A DNA stretch of 64,000 bases from Treponemataceae bacterium (GTDB taxonomy: Bacteria; Spirochaetota; Spirochaetia; Treponematales; Rectinemataceae): assembly GCA_963678065.2 (NCBI GenBank), contig CAXXVZ010000003.1, forward strand, positions 128,001-192,000. Direction: 5' to 3'. Below, one piece after another: positions 57,001 to 64,000 of the stretch (its first letter is position 1; every line of letters begins with the position of its first letter). Both the position numbers and the translations under genes were made by a program. The notes beneath the pieces were generated by a model. It worked only from the letters and a program-made list of their open reading frames with translations. It ran no database searches and had not been told where the DNA came from.

Positions 57001-60000
57001 GGAACCTACACTCTGACTATCGCCTCGACAGACAAGGCAGGGAATGCCTCCAAGCCGGTTTCTGCGACGGTGAAGATAGACACGCGCAAGCCAGTGGTGA
57101 CGCTGAGTGTGGATCGAGATGCGTTCAGTCCGAACGGGGATGGGATCAAGGATACGGTGACGCTGAGTCCGAAGCTGGAGCAGAAGGACGGGATACTGAG
57201 CTGGAAGCTGTGGGTTCGGGATCTAGCGGGGAAGGATATCTGGACAGTCTCAGGAGACGGGACGGCGCTGCCGGCAGGGGCGTACGTGCTGGACGGGAAG
57301 ACGGATGGGACTGGTGCGAAGGTGATATGGCCGGAAGGTGAGTACAAGGCAGGGATCGAGCTGGTGTACGCGTCGGGGCCGAGTCCGAAAGCGGAGACGG
57401 GGAGTTTTGTGCTGGATGCGACGTATCCGGCGGCGAGCCTTACGGAGAAGGAAGCAGGGTCGGTGTTCAGTCCGGACGGGGATGGGGTGAAGGATGTGAA
57501 AGCCTACGCCATCACGGGGACGAAGGAAGAGTTGTGGGTTCTGGAGATCAAGGATGGTGCTGGGCAGGTAGTGCGGTTGCAGGAATACCGGAATGCATCG
57601 CCGGAAGAGTTTGTGTGGGATGGGCGGGACAACACGGGCAAGATAGCGCCGGATGGGAGCTACGTACTTGAGCTGAGGAGTGAGGACAAGGCGGGGAACG
57701 CGGTGAAGCTGGTATCGCGGGCGGTGAAGATAGACACGCGCAAGCCAGCGGTATCGGTGGGAGTGGACAAGGACGCGTTCAGTCCGAACGGGGACGGGAT
57801 CAAGGACAGTCTGGAACTGACGGTGAAAGTGCCGTTGCGGGAAGGGTTGACGAAGTGGAGTGTTCGGATAGTCGGGAAGGCAGGGAACACGGTATGGAGT
57901 CGGGAAGGGAGTGATCCTGCTGGGCTTGGGGATAAGTATGTGCTGGATGGGAAGATCTCGGTAGCTGGTGCGAGTGGAGCGGAAGTGTCGCAGTGGCCGG
58001 AAGGGGAATACAAGGCGGTGATGGAGCTGTCGTACGACTCGGGGTATGAGCCGAAGGCGGAGACGGGATGGTTCCTGATGGACTCGGTGTTTCCGAAGGC
58101 GACGATGGAAGAGAAGGAGCCAGGGACGGTGTTCAGTCCGGACGGGGATGGGGTACGGGATGTGAAGGGCTGGACGATCACGGGATCGGTGGAAGAGCTA
58201 TGGACTCTGGAAGTGAAGGACAAAGCGGGGAAGGTAGTTCGTTCGGTGGAATACCGGAACGCGAAGCCGGAAGATTTCGTGTGGGACGGTCGGGACAATG
58301 TGGGGAAACCCGCATCAGATGGCGAGTATGTGGTGGAGTTAAGGAGTGCGGACAGGGCGGGGAACGCGGTGAAGCTGGTATCGCGGACGGTGAAGATAGA
58401 CACGCGCAAGCCAGTGGTGACGCTGAGTGTGGATCGAGATGCGTTCAGTCCGAACGGGGATGGGATCAAGGATACGGTGACGCTGAGTCCGAAGCTGGAG
58501 CAGAAGGACGGGATACTGAGCTGGAAGCTGTGGGTTCGGGATCTAGCGGGGAAGGATATCTGGACAGTCTCAGGAGACGGGACGGCGCTGCCGGCAGGGG
58601 CGTACGTGCTGGACGGGAAGACGGATGGGACTGGTGCGAAAGTGATATGGCCGGAAGGCGAGTACAAGGCAGGGATCGAGCTGGTGTACGCGTCGGGGCC
58701 GAGTCCGAAAGCGGAGACGGGGAGTTTTGTGCTGGATGCGACGTATCCGGCGGCGAGTGTTACGGAGAAGGAAGCAGGGTCGGTGTTCAGTCCGGACGGG
58801 GATGGGGTGAAGGATGTGAAAGCCTACGCCATCACGGGGACGAAGGAAGAGTTGTGGGTTCTGGAGATCAAGGATGGTGCTGGGCAGGTAGTGCGGTTGC
58901 AGGAATACCGGAATGCATCGCCGGAAGAGTTTGTGTGGGATGGGCGGGACAACACGGGCAAGATAGCGCCGGATGGGAGCTACGTACTTGAGCTGAGGAG
59001 TGAGGACAAGGCGGGGAACGCGGTGAAGCTGGTATCGCGGGCGGTGAAGATAGACACGCGCAAGCCAGCGGTATCGGTGGGAGTGGACAAGGACGCGTTC
59101 AGTCCGAACGGGGACGGGATCAAGGACAGTCTGGAACTGACGGTGAAAGTGCCGTTGCGGGAAGGGTTGACGAAGTGGAGTGTTCGGATAGTCGGGAAGG
59201 CAGGGAACACGGTATGGAGCCGGGAAGGGAGTGATCCTGCTGGGCTTGGGGATAAGTATGTGCTGGATGGGAAGATCTCGGTAGCTGGTGCGAGTGGAGC
59301 GGAAGTGTCGCAGTGGCCGGAAGGGGAATACAAGGCGGTGATGGAGCTGTCGTACGACTCGGGGTATGAGCCGAAGGCGGAGACGGGATGGTTCCTGATG
59401 GACTCGGTGTTTCCGAAGGCGACGATGGAAGAGAAGGAGCCAGGGACGGTGTTCAGTCCGGACGGGGATGGGGTACGGGATGTGAAGGGCTGGACGATCA
59501 CGGGATCGGTGGAAGAGCTATGGACTCTGGAAGTGAAGGACAAAGCGGGGAAGGTAGTTCGTTCGGTGGAATACCGGAACGCGAAGCCGGAAGATTTTGT
59601 GTGGGACGGTCGGGACAATGTGGGGAAACCCGCATCAGATGGCGAGTATGTGGTGGAGTTAAGGAGTGCGGACAGGGCGGGGAACGCGGTGAAGCTGGTA
59701 TCGCGGACGGTGAAGATAGACACGCGCAAGCCAGTGGTGACGCTGAGTGTGGATCGAGATGCGTTCAGTCCGAACGGGGATGGGATCAAGGATACGGTGA
59801 CGCTGAGTCCGAAGCTGGAGCAGAAGGACGGGATACTGAGCTGGAAGCTGTGGGTTCGGGATCTAGCGGGGAAGGATATCTGGACAGTCTCAGGAGACGG
59901 GACGGCGCTGCCGGCAGGGGCGTACGTGCTGGACGGGAAGACGGATGGGACTGGTGCGAAGGTGATATGGCCGGAAGGTGAGTACAAGGCAGGGATCGAG

Positions 60001-63000
60001 CTGGTGTACGCGTCGGGGCCGAGTCCGAAAGCGGAGACGGGGAGTTTTGTGCTGGATGCGACGTATCCGGCGGCGAGCCTTACGGAGAAGGAAGCAGGGT
60101 CGGTGTTCAGTCCGGACGGGGATGGGGTGAAGGATGTGAAAGCCTACGCCATCACGGGGACGAAGGAAGAGTTGTGGGTTCTGGAGATCAAGGATGGTGC
60201 TGGGCAGGTAGTGCGGTTGCAGGAATACCGGAATGCATCGCCGGAAGAGTTTGTGTGGGATGGGCGGGACAACACGGGCAAGATAGCGCCGGATGGGAGC
60301 TACGTACTTGAGCTGAGGAGTGAGGACAAGGCGGGGAACGCGGTGAAGCTGGTATCGCGGGCGGTGAAGATAGACACGCGCAAGCCAGCGGTATCGGTGG
60401 GAGTGGACAAGGACGCGTTCAGTCCGAACGGGGACGGGATCAAGGACAGTCTGGAACTGACGGTGAAAGTGCCGTTGCGGGAAGGGTTGACGAAGTGGAG
60501 TGTTCGGATAGTCGGGAAGGCAGGGAACACGGTATGGAGTCGGGAAGGGAGTGATCCTGCTGGGCTTGGGGATAAGTATGTGCTGGATGGGAAGATCTCG
60601 GTAGCTGGTGCGAGTGGAGCGGAAGTGTCGCTGTGGCCGGAAGGGGAATACAAGGCGGTGATGGAGCTGTCGTACGACTCGGGGTATGAGCCGAAGGCGG
60701 AGACGGGATGGTTCCTGATGGACTCGGTGTTTCCGAAGGCGACGATGGAAGAGAAGGAGCCAGGGACGGTGTTCAGTCCGGACGGGGATGGGGTACGGGA
60801 TGTGAAGGGCTGGACGATCACGGGATCGGTGGAAGAGCTATGGACTCTGGAAGTGAAGGACAAAGCGGGGAAGGTAGTTCGTTCGGTGGAATACCGGAAC
60901 GCGAAGCCGGAAGATTTCGTGTGGGACGGTCGGGACAATGTGGGGAAACCCGCATCAGATGGCGAGTATGTGGTGGAGTTAAGGAGTGCGGACAGGGCGG
61001 GGAACGCGGTGAAGCTGGTATCGCGGACGGTGAAGATAGACACGCGCAAGCCAGTGGTGACGCTGAGTGTGGATCGAGATGCGTTCAGTCCGAACGGGGA
61101 TGGGATCAAGGATACGGTGACGCTGAGTCCGAAGCTGGAGCAGAAGGACGGGATACTGAGCTGGAAGCTGTGGGTTCGGGATCTAGCGGGGAAGGATATC
61201 TGGACAGTCTCAGGAGACGGGACGGCGCTGCCGGCAGGGGCGTACGTGCTGGACGGGAAGACGGATGGGACTGGTGCGAAAGTGATATGGCCGGAAGGCG
61301 AGTACAAGGCAGGGATCGAGCTGGTGTACGCGTCGGGGCCGAGTCCGAAAGCGGAGACGGGGAGTTTTGTGCTGGATGCGACGTATCCGGCGGCGAGTGT
61401 TACGGAGAAGGAAGCAGGGTCGGTGTTCAGTCCGGACGGGGATGGGGTGAAGGATGTGAAAGCCTACGCCATCACGGGGACGAAGGAAGAGTTGTGGGTT
61501 CTGGAGATCAAGGATGGTGCTGGGCAGGTAGTGCGGTTGCAGGAATACCGGAATGCATCGCCGGAAGAGTTTGTGTGGGATGGGCGGGACAACACGGGCA
61601 AGATAGCGCCGGATGGGAGCTACGTACTTGAGCTGAGGAGTGAGGACAAGGCGGGGAACGCGGTGAAGCTGGTATCGCGGGCGGTGAAGATAGACACGCG
61701 CAAGCCAGCGGTATCGGTGGGAGTGGACAAGGACGCGTTCAGTCCGAACGGGGACGGGATCAAGGACAGTCTGGAACTGACGGTGAAAGTGCCGTTGCGG
61801 GAAGGGTTGACGAAGTGGAGTGTTCGGATAGTCGGGAAGGCAGGGAACACGGTATGGAGCCGGGAAGGGAGTGATCCTGCTGGGCTTGGGGATAAGTATG
61901 TGCTGGATGGGAAGATCTCGGTAGCTGGTGCGAGTGGAGCGGAAGTGTCGCAGTGGCCGGAAGGGGAATACAAGGCGGTGATGGAGCTGTCGTACGACTC
62001 GGGGTATGAGCCGAAGGCGGAGACGGGATGGTTCCTGATGGACTCGGTGTTTCCGAAGGCGACGATGGAAGAGAAGGAGCCAGGGACGGTGTTCAGTCCG
62101 GACGGGGATGGGGTACGGGATGTGAAGGGCTGGACGATCACGGGATCGGTGGAAGAGCTATGGACTCTGGAAGTGAAGGACAAAGCGGGGAAGGTAGTTC
62201 GTTCGGTGGAATACCGGAACGCGAAGCCGGAAGATTTTGTGTGGGACGGTCGGGACAATGTGGGGAAACCCGCATCAGATGGCGAGTATGTGGTGGAGTT
62301 AAGGAGTGCGGACAGGGCGGGGAACGCGGTGAAGCTGGTATCGCGGACGGTGAAGATAGACACGCGCAAGCCAGTGGTGACGCTGAGTGTGGATCGAGAT
62401 GCGTTCAGTCCGAACGGGGATGGGATCAAGGAAAACCTGACTGTGAGCGTCAATGTTCCGCTCAGGGAAGGGCTGACATCCTGGAAGCTGGCCGTATCGG
62501 ACAAATCCGGCAAGGAAATGTGGTCGGCGAGCGGAAAAGATTCTTCGACTCTTCCTGGATATATTGTCCTCGATTCCGAGCACCCCGAAGCGGGGCTTGT
62601 GGCCTCCTGGCCCGATGGCGAATACCTCGCCACCCTCTCTCTGGGCTACGCTTCCGGCTACGCTCCTTCAGTGCGGTCGTCGGTGTTCATTCTGGACAGG
62701 AAGTACCCGCAGGCATCCGTCTCCGTTGACCGGACCGCTTTCAACCCATCGGGAAGTGTCGGGCAGAATCTTGTCCGCATCACCCAGAAAGGAAGCGCCG
62801 AGGAGACGTGGAACGGGGAGATTCAGGACTCCACCGGGAGCTCGGTGCGATCCTGGAAATTCACGGGAGAGCCGCAGGCGGTGCTGGAGTGGGACGGCAT
62901 GGACCGGAACGGCAAGCTGTTGCCCGACGGGATGTATTCGTATGTCCTTAAGTCGACCGACCGTGCGGGGAACTCTTTCTCCACGGCCCCGATCCAGATC

Positions 63001-64000
63001 GCAGTCGATACAGAGAAGAAGACTCTCATTCTCACCTCGGATCGCAGGGCGTTCAGTCCGAACGGCGATGGAGTGAACGAGACCCTGACATTTACAGTCC
63101 GTTTCCGTGCGGCTGAGCGAATAAAGAGTTACGAGCTGACCGTAACGCCTCTCGGAGCTTCCGCTTCCGCTACATCCAGAACTGTCAGAACCTGGAAGGG
63201 CAGCTCGGGCTTGTTCGAAACCTATGTGTGGGATGGACTTGCCGACGATGGTTCCCGCATGCCTGATGGCAGCTATGTGGCGAAGCTGGTCGTAGTTTAC
63301 CAGAACGATGACAGGATCGAGGCCGTGACACCTCCCCTCATCATCGATACGGTCCGTCCGTCTATCACGGTCTCTGTCTCTCCTCTCATTTTCTCTCCGA
63401 ACGGGGACGGGAGGAGCGATTTCGTACTGTTTAAACAAAGATCGGTCGTGGGCGATGATTGGACAGGTACAATAACCTCTCCGTCCGGAGCGGAAGTCCG
63501 GGTCTGGTCCTGGAAATCCGACGCAGGCGATTTCATCTGGGACGGTAAAGACAGGGCAGGAAACATACTGCCTGACGGTACATACACGTATCGCATTGTC
63601 GCTACGGACTCTGCCGGTAACTTCTGCGATTCGGGCCCGATCGCCATACAGCTGGAGACGGAGAAGAAAGCGGTGACGCTGAGCGCGGACAAGAGAGCGT
63701 TCAGTCCGAACGGGGATGGGGTGAACGACACGCTGTCGCTGTTGGTGCAGGCGGCCACACCGACAAAAGTCAAGAGTTATGAACTTGTGATATCGGCGCA
63801 GAATGTGTCTGGTCTTTCTGCCGGCAAGACGGTGCGCAGCTGGAAGGGTGTCGATGGCTTGCAGTCTCTGTACCAGTGGGATGGACTCACGGATGAAGGG
63901 CTCAAGGCGCCTGACGGGATGTACAGTGCGAAGCTGTCGGTGCTGTACAAGAACGACGACAAGTTTGACGTTTCGGTGAGCGATCTGGCGATGGACCGGG
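54034..64000 (+). CDS. Giant envelope protein (>=3322 aa, 3' end outside window): predicted N-terminal beta-barrel plus ~27 FlgD-Ig/T9SS-CTD-like modules
   Basis: GAGGAGG RBS, ATG 54034, signal peptide, frame 1 open to the window end (absent from the ORF track as it has no stop). NPA...LDLG barrel-like region, then repeated FSP[ND]GDG..D and WDG.D..G...PDG.Y. Confidence 0.9.
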   Translation, partial: MKAGRLKIVCCVFAAFVCSVPLMAYDPPAGAVYVPALTAPGTLVSSGSDTGSGTEAALDPSSSANPAWQAGARLKRLDAAYLGLTDWGVATQGWGSAASLSYTLPKAYGVWGFGLRFLSVPSAMTQLPLGTFGEGRVSFAKQVFSNLALGAGVSAQAGGNGSFGWGAGLDLGFRHDIGDAGFLKALSWGMSLSTIGKGFSYAIPSPVNGVFGTAATAITTPFTLGIEARGFLVRTENWRIGLGLGLSTPGFGDLDFKADLGIGYRDIFSLGVGWDAGLKDLRATTSRSLLPSVGLSVTIPLAGNGSPEAPGSITTSAAYAPLYGDVSAVGGGVGITFGKRDKSAPSVTLDLPGAPHETYYLSPNGDNVQDSLEIPVRVSDEGYLAGWSFRVEDKAAGKMIFHKEVERKLPDHLAGASSLAEGLGYVRASLPVPAKLVWNGYTDEGRRAPNGAYLVSFEAWDDEGRRNADYINCLTVVVDNDAPKVSVSGIDKNNIFSPDGDGIRESIQFRLGGSVEKLWKLDIQDKDGSVVRTEKWPNQSPPDFVWDGTDDKGTVVPDGTYSLHLSASKESGFAAAKTIEGIVVDTRRPAVAVELVGNIMSPNGDGKKDSIVIRPKLESKSGLEKFRVFVLDVDRKEVWSVSGTDPARLLDSYTFTGKDAAGKTLPDGLYEAGISLEYINGYSPQKFSPPILVDSTPPSAVLALNDPNRVFSPDGDGSRDSYAFSITGSKEDLWTLVMKNEAGAVVRTLEYRDSEPVEFVWDGRDDKGKVVPDGKYRLELSSTDKADNSARFVSEQVVVDNRRPALKMLIDWTDFSPNGDGIRDTVRLVPNLESRDGLVSWKVSVSDSSGREVWKVSGTDPAALKDKYDFDGMDPATGKLLPEGAYQAKTELVYASGYMPQASTPVFNLDATYPVVTLKADDTNIFFSPDGDGVRDSLSFAIKGSKEDLWSLEVRSEDNVLVRLVEFRDREPESFVWDGKDNFGKTLPDGTYTLTIASTDKAGNASKPVSATVKIDTRKPVVTLSVDRDAFSPNGDGIKDTVTLSPKLEQKDGILSWKLWVRDLAGKDIWTVSGDGTALPAGAYVLDGKTDGTGAKVIWPEGEYKAGIELVYASGPSPKAETGSFVLDATYPAASLTEKEAGSVFSPDGDGVKDVKAYAITGTKEELWVLEIKDGAGQVVRLQEYRNASPEEFVWDGRDNTGKIAPDGSYVLELRSEDKAGNAVKLVSRAVKIDTRKPAVSVGVDKDAFSPNGDGIKDSLELTVKVPLREGLTKWSVRIVGKAGNTVWSREGSDPAGLGDKYVLDGKISVAGASGAEVSQWPEGEYKAVMELSYDSGYEPKAETGWFLMDSVFPKATMEEKEPGTVFSPDGDGVRDVKGWTITGSVEELWTLEVKDKAGKVVRSVEYRNAKPEDFVWDGRDNVGKPASDGEYVVELRSADRAGNAVKLVSRTVKIDTRKPVVTLSVDRDAFSPNGDGIKDTVTLSPKLEQKDGILSWKLWVRDLAGKDIWTVSGDGTALPAGAYVLDGKTDGTGAKVIWPEGEYKAGIELVYASGPSPKAETGSFVLDATYPAASVTEKEAGSVFSPDGDGVKDVKAYAITGTKEELWVLEIKDGAGQVVRLQEYRNASPEEFVWDGRDNTGKIAPDGSYVLELRSEDKAGNAVKLVSRAVKIDTRKPAVSVGVDKDAFSPNGDGIKDSLELTVKVPLREGLTKWSVRIVGKAGNTVWSREGSDPAGLGDKYVLDGKISVAGASGAEVSQWPEGEYKAVMELSYDSGYEPKAETGWFLMDSVFPKATMEEKEPGTVFSPDGDGVRDVKGWTITGSVEELWTLEVKDKAGKVVRSVEYRNAKPEDFVWDGRDNVGKPASDGEYVVELRSADRAGNAVKLVSRTVKIDTRKPVVTLSVDRDAFSPNGDGIKDTVTLSPKLEQKDGILSWKLWVRDLAGKDIWTVSGDGTALPAGAYVLDGKTDGTGAKVIWPEGEYKAGIELVYASGPSPKAETGSFVLDATYPAASLTEKEAGSVFSPDGDGVKDVKAYAITGTKEELWVLEIKDGAGQVVRLQEYRNASPEEFVWDGRDNTGKIAPDGSYVLELRSEDKAGNAVKLVSRAVKIDTRKPAVSVGVDKDAFSPNGDGIKDSLELTVKVPLREGLTKWSVRIVGKAGNTVWSREGSDPAGLGDKYVLDGKISVAGASGAEVSLWPEGEYKAVMELSYDSGYEPKAETGWFLMDSVFPKATMEEKEPGTVFSPDGDGVRDVKGWTITGSVEELWTLEVKDKAGKVVRSVEYRNAKPEDFVWDGRDNVGKPASDGEYVVELRSADRAGNAVKLVSRTVKIDTRKPVVTLSVDRDAFSPNGDGIKDTVTLSPKLEQKDGILSWKLWVRDLAGKDIWTVSGDGTALPAGAYVLDGKTDGTGAKVIWPEGEYKAGIELVYASGPSPKAETGSFVLDATYPAASVTEKEAGSVFSPDGDGVKDVKAYAITGTKEELWVLEIKDGAGQVVRLQEYRNASPEEFVWDGRDNTGKIAPDGSYVLELRSEDKAGNAVKLVSRAVKIDTRKPAVSVGVDKDAFSPNGDGIKDSLELTVKVPLREGLTKWSVRIVGKAGNTVWSREGSDPAGLGDKYVLDGKISVAGASGAEVSQWPEGEYKAVMELSYDSGYEPKAETGWFLMDSVFPKATMEEKEPGTVFSPDGDGVRDVKGWTITGSVEELWTLEVKDKAGKVVRSVEYRNAKPEDFVWDGRDNVGKPASDGEYVVELRSADRAGNAVKLVSRTVKIDTRKPVVTLSVDRDAFSPNGDGIKENLTVSVNVPLREGLTSWKLAVSDKSGKEMWSASGKDSSTLPGYIVLDSEHPEAGLVASWPDGEYLATLSLGYASGYAPSVRSSVFILDRKYPQASVSVDRTAFNPSGSVGQNLVRITQKGSAEETWNGEIQDSTGSSVRSWKFTGEPQAVLEWDGMDRNGKLLPDGMYSYVLKSTDRAGNSFSTAPIQIAVDTEKKTLILTSDRRAFSPNGDGVNETLTFTVRFRAAERIKSYELTVTPLGASASATSRTVRTWKGSSGLFETYVWDGLADDGSRMPDGSYVAKLVVVYQNDDRIEAVTPPLIIDTVRPSITVSVSPLIFSPNGDGRSDFVLFKQRSVVGDDWTGTITSPSGAEVRVWSWKSDAGDFIWDGKDRAGNILPDGTYTYRIVATDSAGNFCDSGPIAIQLETEKKAVTLSADKRAFSPNGDGVNDTLSLLVQAATPTKVKSYELVISAQNVSGLSAGKTVRSWKGVDGLQSLYQWDGLTDEGLKAPDGMYSAKLSVLYKNDDKFDVSVSDLAMDR
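57066..62432 (+). repeat. Intragenic tandem array, 1320-bp unit (440 aa, four Ig modules) x4.07
   Basis: Near-identical units start at 57066, 58386, 59706 and 61026, with a partial unit at 62346. Confidence 0.97.

Noticed and set aside
57066..62432. Diversity-generating retroelement template/variable repeats
   Set aside because: No reverse transcriptase in the window, and the differences are few, mostly synonymous and not adenine-specific.
57660..62729. Repeated 335-aa minus-strand and 197-307-aa plus-strand ORFs
   Set aside because: Alternative-frame shadows of the giant frame-1 gene.

Overview
A GC-rich bacterial chromosomal window that looks spirochaetal (class I lysyl-tRNA synthetase, spirochaete-style lipoproteins and LysM/M23 peptidase) and probably anaerobic ([FeFe] hydrogenase). 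It is mostly housekeeping: RluA-family fragment, polB, ppiC, alanine aminotransferase, hflX, birA, glmS, a liv ABC transporter, dnaE, adk, ndk, lysS, tsaD, FtsI-like PBP, thrC, ffh and rpmB. I recognised no rRNA, tRNA, CRISPR array, transposase or integrase. The main unusual items are: (1) the last 50 bp of glmS (the attTn7 recognition region) occur three times, and the two extra copies form 25-aa mini-ORFs reproducing the GlmS catalytic C-tail; (2) a giant ORF missing from the ORF track (54034 to beyond the window end, >=3322 aa) with a predicted beta-barrel and about 27 Ig-like modules, including a 4x1320-bp array with ABAB structure and strongly G-skewed codons; (3) a trimeric [FeFe] hydrogenase whose NuoF-like subunit is fused to a GltD-like domain; (4) an RpoS-like sigma gene with a well-spaced sigma54 promoter and paired candidate enhancer sites; (5) a cytochrome b562-like secreted protein, an rsgA remnant with a leader peptide, a CTG-initiated aminopeptidase and several possible pseudoenzymes. 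Family calls rest on motifs recognised by eye; no database search was run.
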